Assembly (NCBI GenBank): GCA_043228905.1
Contig: JBHGNT010000025.1
Location: 248,001 to 312,000, forward strand
Direction: 5' to 3'
Source of the DNA: Azolla caroliniana
Lineage: Eukaryota; Plantae; Polypodiophyta
DNA length: 64,000 nt
Shown here: positions 11,770-25,610 of the stretch, one piece after another
Layout of the letters: the number at the start of each line of letters is the position of its first letter
Numbering within the stretch: the first letter of the stretch is position 1
Notes under the pieces: generated by a model
Seen by the model: only the letters and a program-made list of their open reading frames with translations
The model's database searches: none
What the model was told of the DNA's origin: nothing
Translations under genes and position numbers: made by a program

Positions 11770-14700
11770 AACAACGCTAGCTATGACATGGTATTAAGAA
11801 ATCAAGATTTTGAAACTCAGGTCGAGAGATATTACGAAATTACCTACTTTGAGGAGGGAGTTGAGACGACCTAGTAGGTAAATTAAAATGTTCATACCTG
11901 GCTCGTGTGATATCGGATTTTTGTGTTCAAACATGCGAATCGAAGCTAACAACGCTAGCTATTATATGGAACTAAAAAAGCAAGATTTTGAGACTCAGGT
12001 CGAGAGATATGAAGAAATTAGCAATCTTGAGGAGGGAGTTGAGAGGAGCACTTGAGTATATTAAAATGTTTATACCTGGCTCGTGTGATATCGGATTTTT
12101 GTGTTCAAACATGCGAATCGAAGCTAACAACGCTAGCTATGACATGTTATTAAAAAATCAAGATTTTGAAACTCAGGTAGAGAGACATGACGAAATTACC
12201 TAATTTGAGGACTAAGTTGAGACGACCTAGTAGGTAAATTAAAATGTTCATACCTGGCTCGTGTGATATCGGATTTTTGTGTTCAAACATGCGAATCGAA
12301 GCTCACAACGCTAGCTATTCTATGGAACTAAAAAATCAAGATTTTGAAACTCAGGTCGAGAGATACGAAGAAATTAGCAATCTTGAGGAGGGAGTTGAGA
12401 GGAGCCCTTGAGTATATTAAAATATTTATACCTGGCTCGTGTGATATCGGATTTTTGTGTTCAAACATGCGAATCGAAGCTAACAACGCTAGCTATGACA
12501 TGGTATTAAAAAATCAAGAGTTTGAAACTCAGGTGGAGAGACATGACGAAATTACCTAATTTGAGGAGTGAGTTGAGAGGAGCCCTTGAGTACATTAAAA
12601 TGTTCATACCTGGCTCGTGTGATATCGGATTTTTGTGTTCAAACATGCGAATCGAAGCTAACAATGCTAGCTATTATATGGACCTAAAAAATCAAGATTT
12701 TGAAACTCAGGTCGAGAGATATGAAGAAATTAGCAATCTTGAGGAGGGAGTTGAGAGGAGCCCTTGAGTACATTAAAATGTTCATACCTGGCGCGTGTGA
12801 TATCGGATTTTTGTGTTCAAACATGCGAATCGAAGCTAACAACGGTAGCTATGATATGGAACTAAAAAATCAAGATTTTGAAACTCAGGTCGAGAGACAT
12901 GAAGAAATTAGCAATCTTGAGGAGGGAGTTGAGAGGAGCCCTTCAGTATATTAAAATGTTTATACCTGGCTCGTGTGATATCGGATTTTTGTGTTCAAAC
13001 ATGCGAATCGAAGCTAACAATGCTAGCTATTATATGGAACTAAAAAATCAAGATTTTGAAACTCAGGTCGAGAGATATGAAGAAATTAGCAATCTTGAGG
13101 AGGGAGTTGAGAGGAGCCCTTGAGTACATTAAAATGTTCATACCTGGCGCGTGTGATATCGGATTTTTGTGTTCAAACATGCGAATCGAAGCTAACAACG
13201 CTAGCTATTATATGGAACTAAAAAATCAAGATTTTGAAACTCAGGTCGAGAGATATGAAGAAATTAGCAATCTTGAGGAGGGAGTTGAGAGGAGCCCTTG
13301 AGTAAATTAAAATGTTCATACCTGGCTCGTGTGATATCGGATTTTTGTGTTCAAACATGCGAATCGAAGCTCACAACGCTAGCTATGATATGGTATTAAA
13401 AAATCATGATTTTGAAATTGAGGTCGAGAGACATGAAGAAATTAGCAATCTTGAGGAGGGAGTTGAGAGGAGCCCTTCAGTACATTAAAATGTTCATACC
13501 TGGCACGTGTGATATCGGATTTTTGTGTTCAAACATGCGAATCGAAGCTAACAACGGTAGCTATGATATGGAACTAAAAAATCAAGATTTTGAAACTCAG
13601 GTCGAGAGACATGAAGAAATTAGCAATCTTGAGGAGGGAGTTGAGAGGAGCCCTTCAGTATATTAAAATGTTTATACCTGGCTCGTGTGATATCGGATTT
13701 TTGTGTTCAAACATGCGAATCGAAGCTAACAATGCTAGCTATTATATGGAACTAAAAAATCAAGATTTTGAAACTCAGGTCGAGAGATATGAAGAAATTA
13801 GCAATCTTGAGGAGGGAGTTGAGAGGAGCCCTTGAGTACATTAAAATGTTCATACCTGGCGCGTGTGATATCGGATTTTTGTGTTCAAACATGCGAATCG
13901 AAGCTAACAACGCTAGCTATGACATGGTATTAAGAAATCAAGATTTTGAAACTCAGGTCGAGAGATATTACGAAATTACCTACTTTGAGGAGGGAGTTGA
14001 GACGACCTAGTAGGTAAATTAAAATGTTCATACCTGGCTCGTGTGATATCGGATTTTTGTGTTCAAACATGCGAATCGAAGCTAACAACGCTAGCTATTA
14101 TATGGAACTAAAAAAGCAAGATTTTGAGACTCAGGTCGAGAGATATGAAGAAATTAGCAATCTTGAGGAGGGAGTTGAGAGGAGCACTTGAGTATATTAA
14201 AATGTTTATACCTGGCTCGTGTGATATCGGATTTTTGTGTTCAAACATGCGAATCGAAGCTAACAACGCTAGCTATGACATGTTATTAAAAAATCAAGAT
14301 TTTGAAACTCAGGTAGAGAGACATGACGAAATTACCTAATTTGAGGACTAAGTTGAGACGACCTAGTAGGTAAATTAAAATGTTCATACCTGGCTCGTGT
14401 GATATCGGATTTTTGTGTTCAAACATGCGAATCGAAGCTCACAACGCTAGCTATTCTATGGAACTAAAAAATCAAGATTTTGAAACTCAGGTCGAGAGAT
14501 ACGAAGAAATTAGCAATCTTGAGGAGGGAGTTGAGAGGAGCCCTTGAGTATATTAAAATATTTATACCTGGCTCGTGTGATATCGGATTTTTGTGTTCAA
14601 ACATGCGAATCGAAGCTAACAACGCTAGCTATGACATGGTATTAAAAAATCAAGAGTTTGAAACTCAGGTGGAGAGACATGACGAAATTACCTAATTTGA

Positions 14701-14795
14701 GGAGTGAGTTGAGAGGAGCCCTTGAGTACATTAAAATGTTCATACCTGGCTCGTGTGATATCGGATTTTTGTGTTCAAACATGCGAATCGAAGCT
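11770..14795. repeat. Partial 12-mer (2136 bp offset) repeat with internal 4-mer (712 bp) repeat
   Basis: Variant monomers 11988/14124 and 12344/14480 are offset by 2136; 12878/13590 by 712. Confidence 0.8.
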
Positions 14796-17700
14796 AACAA
14801 TACTAGCTATTATATGGACCTAAAAAATCAAGATTTTGAAACTTAGGTCGAGAGATATGAAGAAATTAGCAATCTTGAGGAGGGAGTTGAGAGGAGCCCT
14901 TGAGTACATTAAAATGTTCATACCTGGCGCGTGTGATATCGGATTTTTGTGTTCAAACATGCGAATCGAAGCTAACAACGGTAGCTATGATATGGAACTA
15001 AAAAATCAAGATTTTGAAACTCAGGTCGAGAGATATGAAGAAATTAGCAATCTTGAGGAGGGAGTTGAGAGGAGCCCTTGAGTACATTATTATGTTCATA
15101 CCTGGCGCGTGTGATATCGGATTCAAAAATCATGATTTCGAAATTGAGGTCGAGAGACATGAAGAAATTAGCAATCTTGAGGAGGGAGTTGAGAGGAGCC
15201 CTTGAGTATATTAAAATGTTTATACCTGGCTCGTGTGATATCGGATTTTTGTGTTCAAACATGCGAATCGAAGCTAACAACGCTAGCTATGACATGGTAT
15301 TAAAAAATCAAGAGTTTGAAACTCAGGTGGAGAGACATGACGAAATTACCTAATTTGAGGAGTGAGTTCGGAGGAGCCCTTGAGTACATTAAAATGTTCA
15401 TACCTGGCTCGTGTGATATCGGATTTTTGTGTTCAAACATGCGAATCGAAGCTAACAATGCTAGCTATTATATGGAACTAAAAAATCAAGATTTTGAAAC
15501 TCAGGTCGAGAGATATGAAGAAATTAGCAATCTTGAGGAGGGAGTTGAGAGGAGCCCTTGAGTACATTAAAATGTTCATACCTGGCGCGTGTGATATCGG
15601 ATTTTTGTGTTCAAACATGCGAATCGAAGCTAACAATGCTAGCTATTATATGGAACTGAAAAATCAAGATTTTGAAACTCAGGTCGAGAGATATGAAGAA
15701 ATTAGCAATCTTGAGGAGGGAGTTGAGAGGAGCCCTTGAGTACATTATTATGTTCATACCTGGCGCGTGTGATATCGGATTTTTGTGTTCAAACATGCGA
15801 ATCGAAGCTAACAACACTAGCTATTCTATGGAACTAAAAAATCAAGATTTTGAAACTTAGGTCGAGAGATATGAAGAAATTAGCAATCTTGAGGAGGGAG
15901 TTGAGAGGAGCCCTTGAGTACATTAAAATGTTCATACCTGGCGCGTGTGATATCGGATTTTTGTGTTCAAACATGCGAATCGAAGCTAACAACGGTAGCT
16001 ATGATATGGAACTAAAAAATCAAGATTTTGAAACTCAGGTCGAGAGATATGAAGAAATTAGCAATCTTGAGGAGGGAGTTGAGAGGAGCCCTTGAGTACA
16101 TTATTATGTTCATACCTGGCGCGTGTGATATCGGATTCAAAAATCATGATTTCGAAATTGAGGTCGAGAGACATGAAGAAATTAGCAATCTTGAGGAGGG
16201 AGTTGAGAGGAGCCCTTGAGTATATTAAAATGTTTATACCTGGCTCGTGTGATATCGGATTTTTGTGTTCAAACATGCGAATCGAAGCTAACAACGCTAG
16301 CTATGACATGGTATTAAAAAATCAAGAGTTTGAAACTCAGGTGGAGAGACATGACGAAATTACCTAATTTGAGGAGTGAGTTCGGAGGAGCCCTTGAGTA
16401 CATTAAAATGTTCATACCTGGCTCGTGTGATATCGGATTTTTGTGTTCAAACATGCGAATCGAAGCTAACAATGCTAGCTATTATATGGAACTAAAAAAT
16501 CAAGATTTTGAAACTCAGGTCGAGAGATATGAAGAAATTAGCAATCTTGAGGAGGGAGTTGAGAGGAGCCCTTGAGTACATTAAAATGTTCATACCTGGC
16601 GCGTGTGATATCGGATTTTTGTGTTCAAACATGCGAATCGAAGCTAACAACGGTAGCTATGATATGGAACTAAAAAATCAAGATTTTGAAACTCAGGTCG
16701 AGAGACATGAAGAAATTAGCAATCTTGAGGAGGGAGTTGAGAGGAGCCCTTCAGTATATTAAAATGTTTATACCTGGCTCGTGTGATATCGGATTTTTGT
16801 GTTCAAACATGCGAATCGAAGCTAACAATGCTAGCTATTATATGGAACTAAAAAATCAAGATTTTGAAACTCAGGTCGAGAGATATGAAGAAATTAGCAA
16901 TCTTGAGGAGGGAGTTGAGAGGAGCCCTTGAGTACATTAAAATGTTCATACCTGGCGCGTGTGATATCGGATTTTTGTGTTCAAACATGCGAATCGAAGC
17001 TAACAACGCTAGCTATTATATGGAACTAAAAAATCAAGATTGTGAAACTCAGGTCGAGAGATATGAAGAAATTAGCAATCTTGAGGAGGGAGTTGAGAGG
17101 AGCCCTTGAGTAAATTAAAATGTTCATACCTGGCTCGTGTGATATCGGATTTTTGTGTTCAAACATGCGAATCGAAGCTCACAACGCTAGCTATGATATG
17201 GTATTAAAAAATCATGATTTTGAAATTGAGGTCGAGAGACATGAAGAAATTAGCAATCTTGAGGAGGGAGTTGAGAGGAGCCCTTCAGTACATTAAAATG
17301 TTCATACCTGGCACGTGTGATATCGGATTTTTGTGTTCAAACATGCGAATCGAAGCTAACAACGGTAGCTATGATATGGAACTAAAAAATCAAGATTTTG
17401 AAACTCAGGTCGAGAGACATGAAGAAATTAGCAATCTTGAGGAGGGAGTTGAGAGGAGCCCTTCAGTATATTAAAATGTTTATACCTGGCTCGTGTGATA
17501 TCGGATTTTTGTGTTCAAACATGCGAATCGAAGCTAACAATGCTAGCTATTATATGGAACTAAAAAATCAAGATTTTGAAACTCAGGTCGAGAGATATGA
17601 AGAAATTAGCAATCTTGAGGAGGGAGTTGAGAGGAGCCCTTGAGTACATTAAAATGTTCATACCTGGCGCGTGTGATATCGGATTTTTGTGTTCAAACAT

Positions 17701-20450
17701 GCGAATCGAAGCTAACAACGCTAGCTATGACATGGTATTAAGAAATCAAGATTTTGAAACTCAGGTCGAGAGATATTACGAAATTACCTACTTTGAGGAG
17801 GGAGTTGAGACGACCTAGTAGGTAAATTAAAATGTTCATACCTGGCTCGTGTGATATCGGATTTTTGTGTTCAAACATGCGAATCGAAGCTAACAACGCT
17901 AGCTATTATATGGAACTAAAAAAGCAAGATTTTGAGACTCAGGTCGAGAGATATGAAGAAATTAGCAATCTTGAGGAGGGAGTTGAGAGGAGCACTTGAG
18001 TATATTAAAATGTTTATACCTGGCTCGTGTGATATCGGATTTTTGTGTTCAAACATGCGAATCGAAGCTAACAACGCTAGCTATGACATGTTATTAAAAA
18101 ATCAAGATTTTGAAACTCAGGTAGAGAGACATGACGAAATTACCTAATTTGAGGACTAAGTTGAGACGACCTAGTAGGTAAATTAAAATGTTCATACCTG
18201 GCTCGTGTGATATCGGATTTTTGTGTTCAAACATGCGAATCGAAGCTCACAACGCTAGCTATTCTATGGAACTAAAAAATCAAGATTTTGAAACTCAGGT
18301 CGAGAGATACGAAGAAATTAGCAATCTTGAGGAGGGAGTTGAGAGGAGCCCTTGAGTATATTAAAATATTTATACCTGGCTCGTGTGATATCGGATTTTT
18401 GTGTTCAAACATGCGAATCGAAGCTAACAACGCTAGCTATGACATGGTATTAAAAAATCAAGAGTTTGAAACTCAGGTGGAGAGACATGACGAAATTACC
18501 TAATTTGAGGAGTGAGTTGAGAGGAGCCCTTGAGTACATTAAAATGTTCATACCTGGCTCGTGTGATATCGGATTTTTGTGTTCAAACATGCGAATCGAA
18601 GCTAACAATACTAGCTATTATATGGACCTAAAAAATCAAGATTTTGAAACTTAGGTCGAGAGATATGAAGAAATTAGCAATCTTGAGGAGGGAGTTGAGA
18701 GGAGCCCTTGAGTACATTAAAATGTTCATACCTGGCGCGTGTGATATCGGATTTTTGTGTTCAAACATGCGAATCGAAGCTAACAACGGTAGCTATGATA
18801 TGGAACTAAAAAATCAAGATTTTGAAACTCAGGTCGAGAGATATGAAGAAATTAGCAATCTTGAGGAGGGAGTTGAGAGGAGCCCTTGAGTACATTATTA
18901 TGTTCATACCTGGCGCGTGTGATATCGGATTCAAAAATCATGATTTCGAAATTGAGGTCGAGAGACATGAAGAAATTAGCAATCTTGAGGAGGGAGTTGA
19001 GAGGAGCCCTTGAGTATATTAAAATGTTTATACCTGGCTCGTGTGATATCGGATTTTTGTGTTCAAACATGCGAATCGAAGCTAACAACGCTAGCTATGA
19101 CATGGTATTAAAAAATCAAGAGTTTGAAACTCAGGTGGAGAGACATGACGAAATTACCTAATTTGAGGAGTGAGTTCGGAGGAGCCCTTGAGTACATTAA
19201 AATGTTCATACCTGGCTCGTGTGATATCGGATTTTTGTGTTCAAACATGCGAATCGAAGCTAACAATGCTAGCTATTATATGGAACTAAAAAATCAAGAT
19301 TTTGAAACTCAGGTCGAGAGATATGAAGAAATTAGCAATCTTGAGGAGGGAGTTGAGAGGAGCCCTTGAGTACATTAAAATGTTCATACCTGGCGCGTGT
19401 GATATCGGATTTTTGTGTTCAAACATGCGAATCGAAGCTAACAATGCTAGCTATTATATGGAACTGAAAAATCAAGATTTTGAAACTCAGGTCGAGAGAT
19501 ATGAAGAAATTAGCAATCTTGAGGAGGGAGTTGAGAGGAGCCCTTGAGTACATTATTATGTTCATACCTGGCGCGTGTGATATCGGATTTTTGTGTTCAA
19601 ACATGCGAATCGAAGCTAACAACACTAGCTATTCTATGGAACTAAAAAATCAAGATTTTGAAACTTAGGTCGAGAGATATGAAGAAATTAGCAATCTTGA
19701 GGAGGGAGTTGAGAGGAGCCCTTGAGTACATTAAAATGTTCATACCTGGCGCGTGTGATATCGGATTTTTGTGTTCAAACATGCGAATCGAAGCTAACAA
19801 CGGTAGCTATGATATGGAACTAAAAAATCAAGATTTTGAAACTCAGGTCGAGAGATATGAAGAAATTAGCAATCTTGAGGAGGGAGTTGAGAGGAGCCCT
19901 TGAGTACATTATTATGTTCATACCTGGCGCGTGTGATATCGGATTCAAAAATCATGATTTCGAAATTGAGGTCGAGAGACATGAAGAAATTAGCAATCTT
20001 GAGGAGGGAGTTGAGAGGAGCCCTTGAGTATATTAAAATGTTTATACCTGGCTCGTGTGATATCGGATTTTTGTGTTCAAACATGCGAATCGAAGCTAAC
20101 AACGCTAGCTATGACATGGTATTAAAAAATCAAGAGTTTGAAACTCAGGTGGAGAGACATGACGAAATTACCTAATTTGAGGAGTGAGTTCGGAGGAGCC
20201 CTTGAGTACATTAAAATGTTCATACCTGGCTCGTGTGATATCGGATTTTTGTGTTCAAACATGCGAATCGAAGCTAACAATGCTAGCTATTATATGGAAC
20301 TAAAAAATCAAGATTTTGAAACTCAGGTCGAGAGATATGAAGAAATTAGCAATCTTGAGGAGGGAGTTGAGAGGAGCCCTTGAGTACATTAAAATGTTCA
20401 TACCTGGCGCGTGTGATATCGGATTTTTGTGTTCAAACATGCGAATCGAA
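12690..20450. repeat. 22-mer HOR, 3808 bp, 2 tandem copies, each containing a 1014-bp 6-mer sub-repeat
   Basis: Offset 3808 for 12700/16508, 13406/17214, 15014/18822, 16330/20138 (22x178-2x54); internal offset 1014 for 15014/16028 (6x178-54). Confidence 0.92.
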
Positions 20451-20589
20451 GCTAACAATGCTAGCTATTATATGGAACTAAAAAATCAAGATTTTGAAAC
20501 TCAGGTCGAGAGATATGAAGAAATTAGCAATCTTGAGGAGGGAGTTGAGAGGAGCCCTTGAGTACATTATTATGTTCATACCTGGCGCG

Positions 20590-23500
20590 TGTGATATCGG
20601 ATTTTTGTGTTCAAACATGCGAATCGAAGCTAACAACACTAGCTATTCTATGGAACTAAAAAATCAAGATTTTGAAACTCAGGTCGAGAGATATGAAGAA
20701 ATTAGCAATCTTGAGGAGGGAGTTGAGAGGAGCCCTTGAGTACATTATTATGTTCATACCTGGCGCGTGTGATATCGGATTTTTGTGTTCAAACATGCGA
20801 ATCGAAGCTCACAACGCTAGCTATTCTATGGAACTAAAAAATCAAGATTTTGAAACTCAGGTCGAGAGATATGAAGAAATTAGCAATCTTGAGGAGGGAG
20901 TTGAGAGGAGCCCTTGAGTAAATTAAAATGTTCATACCTGGCTCGTGTGATATCAGATTTTTGTGTTCAAACATGCGAATCGAAGCTCACAACGCTAGCT
21001 ATGATATGGTATTAAAAAATCATGATTTTGAAATTGAGGTCGAGAGACATGAAGAAATTAGCAATCTTGAGGAGGGAGTTGAGAGGAGCCCTTGAGTAAA
21101 TTAAAATGTTCATACCTGGCTCGTGTGATATCGGATTTTTGTGTTCAAACATGTGAATCGCAGCTAACAACGCTAGCTATGACATGGTATTAAGAAATCA
21201 AGATTTTGAAACTCAGGTCGAGAGACATGACGAAATTACCTAATTTGAGGAGGGAGTTGAGACGACCTAGTAGGTAAATTAAAATGTTCATACCTGGCTC
21301 GTGTGATATCGGATTTTTGTGTTCAAACATGCGAATCAAAGCTAACAACGCTAGCTATGATATGGAACTAAAAAATCAAGATTTTGAAACTCAGGTCGAG
21401 AGACATGACGAAATTACCAAATTGGAGGAGGGAGTTGAGAGGAGCCCTTGAGTATATTAAAATGTTCATACCTGGCGTGTGTGATATCGGATTTTTGTGT
21501 TCAAACATGCGAATCAAAGCTAACAACGCTAGCTATGACATGGTATTAAAAAATCAAGATTTTGAAACTCAGGTCGAGAGATATGAAGAAATTAGCAATC
21601 TTGAGGAGGGAGTTGAGAGGAGCCCTTGAGTAAATGAAAATGTTCATACCTGGCTCGTGTGATATCGGATTTTTGTGTTCAAACATGCGAATCGAAGCTA
21701 AAAACGCTAGCTATGATATGGTATTCAAAAATCATGATTTCGAAATTGAGGTCGAGAGACATGAAGAAATTAGCAATCTTGAGGAGGGAGTTGAGAGGAG
21801 CCCTTGAGTACATTAAAATGTTCATACCTGGCGCGTGTGATATCGGATTTTTGTGTTCAAACATGCGAATCGAAGCTAACAACGGTAGCTATGATATGGA
21901 ACTAAAAAATCAAGATTTTGAAACTCAGGTCGAGAGATATGAAGAAATTAGCAATCTTGAGGAGGGAGTTGAGAGGAGCCCTTGAGTATATTAAAATGTT
22001 TATACCTCGCTCGTGTGATATCGCATTTTTGTGTTCAAACATGCGAATCGAAGCTAACAACGCTAGCTATGACATGGTATTAAAAAATCAAGATTTTGAA
22101 ACTCAGGTCGAGAGACATGACGAAATTACCTAATTTGAGGAGTGAGTTGAGACGACCTAGTAGGTAAATTAAAATGTTCATACCTGGCTCGTGTGATATC
22201 GGATTTTTGTGTTCAAACATGTGAATCAAGCTAAAAACGCTAGCTATGATATGGTATTAAAAAATCAAGATTTTGAAACTCAGGTCGAGAGATATGAAGA
22301 AATTAGCAATCTTGAGGAGGGAGTTGAGAGGAGCCATTGAGTAAATTAAAATGTTCATACATGGCTCGTGTGATATCGGATTTTTGTGTTCAAACATGTG
22401 AACCGAAGCTAACAACGCCAGCTATTCTATGGAACTAAAAAATCAAGATTTTGAAACTCAGGTCGAGAGATATGAAGAAATTAGCAATCTTGAGGAGGGA
22501 GTTGAGAGGAGCCCTTGAGTATATTAAAATGTTTATACCTGGCTCGTGTGATATCGGATTTTTGTGTTCAAACATGCGCATCGAAGCTAACAACGCTAGC
22601 TATGACATGGTATTAAAAAATCAAGAGTTTGAAACTCAGGTGGAGAGACATGACGAAATTACCTAATTTGAGGAGTGAGTTGAGAGGAGCCCTTGAGTAC
22701 ATTAAAATGTTCATACCTGGCTCGTGTGATATCGGATTTTTGTGTTCAAACATGCGAATCGAAGCTAACAATGCTAGCTATTATATGGACCTAAAAAATC
22801 AAGATTTTGAAACTCAGGTCGAGAGATATGAAGAAATTAGCAATCTTGAGGAGGGAGTTGAGAGGAGCCCTTGAGTACATTAAAATGTTCATACCTGGCG
22901 CGTGTGATATCGGATTTTTGTGTTCAAACATGCGAATCGAAGCTCACAACGCTAGCTATTATATCGTATTAAAAAATCAAGATTTTGAAACTCAGGTCGA
23001 GAGATATGAAGAAATTAGCAATCTTGAGGAGGGAGTTGAGAGGAGCCCTTGAGTACATTAAAATGTTCATACCTGGCGCGTGTGATATCGGATTTTTGTG
23101 TTCAAACATGCGAATCGAAGCTAACAACACTAGCTATTCTATGGAACTAAAAAATCAAGATTTTGAAACTCAGGTCGAGAGATATGAAGAAATTAGCAAT
23201 CTTGAGGAGGGAGTTGAGAGGAGCCCTTGAGTACATTATTATGTTCATACCTGGCGCGTGTGATATCGGATTTTTGTGTTCAAACATGCGAATCGAAGCT
23301 CACAACGCTAGCTATTCTATGGAACTAAAAAATCAAGATTTTGAAACTCAGGTCGAGAGATATGAAGAAATTAGCAATCTTGAGGAGGGAGTTGAGAGGA
23401 GCCCTTGAGTAAATTAAAATGTTCATACCTGGCTCGTGTGATATCAGATTTTTGTGTTCAAACATGCGAATCGAAGCTCACAACGCTAGCTATGATATGG

Positions 23501-25610
23501 TATTAAAAAATCATGATTTTGAAATTGAGGTCGAGAGACATGAAGAAATTAGCAATCTTGAGGAGGGAGTTGAGAGGAGCCCTTGAGTAAATTAAAATGT
23601 TCATACCTGGCTCGTGTGATATCGGATTTTTGTGTTCAAACATGTGAATCGCAGCTAACAACGCTAGCTATGACATGGTATTAAGAAATCAAGATTTTGA
23701 AACTCAGGTCGAGAGACATGACGAAATTACCTAATTTGAGGAGGGAGTTGAGACGACCTAGTAGGTAAATTAAAATGTTCATACCTGGCTCGTGTGATAT
23801 CGGATTTTTGTGTTCAAACATGCGAATCAAAGCTAACAACGCTAGCTATGATATGGAACTAAAAAATCAAGATTTTGAAACTCAGGTCGAGAGACATGAC
23901 GAAATTACCAAATTGGAGGAGGGAGTTGAGAGGAGCCCTTGAGTATATTAAAATGTTCATACCTGGCGTGTGTGATATCGGATTTTTGTGTTCAAACATG
24001 CGAATCAAAGCTAACAACGCTAGCTATGACATGGTATTAAAAAATCAAGATTTTGAAACTCAGGTCGAGAGATATGAAGAAATTAGCAATCTTGAGGAGG
24101 GAGTTGAGAGGAGCCCTTGAGTAAATGAAAATGTTCATACCTGGCTCGTGTGATATCGGATTTTTGTGTTCAAACATGCGAATCGAAGCTAAAAACGCTA
24201 GCTATGATATGGTATTCAAAAATCATGATTTCGAAATTGAGGTCGAGAGACATGAAGAAATTAGCAATCTTGAGGAGGGAGTTGAGAGGAGCCCTTGAGT
24301 ACATTAAAATGTTCATACCTGGCGCGTGTGATATCGGATTTTTGTGTTCAAACATGCGAATCGAAGCTAACAACGGTAGCTATGATATGGAACTAAAAAA
24401 TCAAGATTTTGAAACTCAGGTCGAGAGATATGAAGAAATTAGCAATCTTGAGGAGGGAGTTGAGAGGAGCCCTTGAGTATATTAAAATGTTTATACCTCG
24501 CTCGTGTGATATCGCATTTTTGTGTTCAAACATGCGAATCGAAGCTAACAACGCTAGCTATGACATGGTATTAAAAAATCAAGATTTTGAAACTCAGGTC
24601 GAGAGACATGACGAAATTACCTAATTTGAGGAGTGAGTTGAGACGACCTAGTAGGTAAATTAAAATGTTCATACCTGGCTCGTGTGATATCGGATTTTTG
24701 TGTTCAAACATGTGAATCAAGCTAAAAACGCTAGCTATGATATGGTATTAAAAAATCAAGATTTTGAAACTCAGGTCGAGAGATATGAAGAAATTAGCAA
24801 TCTTGAGGAGGGAGTTGAGAGGAGCCATTGAGTAAATTAAAATGTTCATACATGGCTCGTGTGATATCGGATTTTTGTGTTCAAACATGTGAACCGAAGC
24901 TAACAACGCCAGCTATTCTATGGAACTAAAAAATCAAGATTTTGAAACTCAGGTCGAGAGATATGAAGAAATTAGCAATCTTGAGGAGGGAGTTGAGAGG
25001 AGCCCTTGAGTATATTAAAATGTTTATACCTGGCTCGTGTGATATCGGATTTTTGTGTTCAAACATGCGCATCGAAGCTAACAACGCTAGCTATGACATG
25101 GTATTAAAAAATCAAGAGTTTGAAACTCAGGTGGAGAGACATGACGAAATTACCTAATTTGAGGAGTGAGTTGAGAGGAGCCCTTGAGTACATTAAAATG
25201 TTCATACCTGGCTCGTGTGATATCGGATTTTTGTGTTCAAACATGCGAATCGAAGCTAACAATGCTAGCTATTATATGGACCTAAAAAATCAAGATTTTG
25301 AAACTCAGGTCGAGAGATATGAAGAAATTAGCAATCTTGAGGAGGGAGTTGAGAGGAGCCCTTGAGTACATTAAAATGTTCATACCTGGCGCGTGTGATA
25401 TCGGATTTTTGTGTTCAAACATGCGAATCGAAGCTCACAACGCTAGCTATTATATCGTATTAAAAAATCAAGATTTTGAAACTCAGGTCGAGAGATATGA
25501 AGAAATTAGCAATCTTGAGGAGGGAGTTGAGAGGAGCCCTTGAGTACATTAAAATGTTCATACCTGGCGCGTGTGATATCGGATTTTTGTGTTCAAACAT
25601 GCGAATCGAA
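20590..25610. repeat. 14-mer HOR, 2491 bp, 2 tandem copies
   Basis: 20672/23163, 21384/23875, 22807/25298; 14x178-1. Confidence 0.92.
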
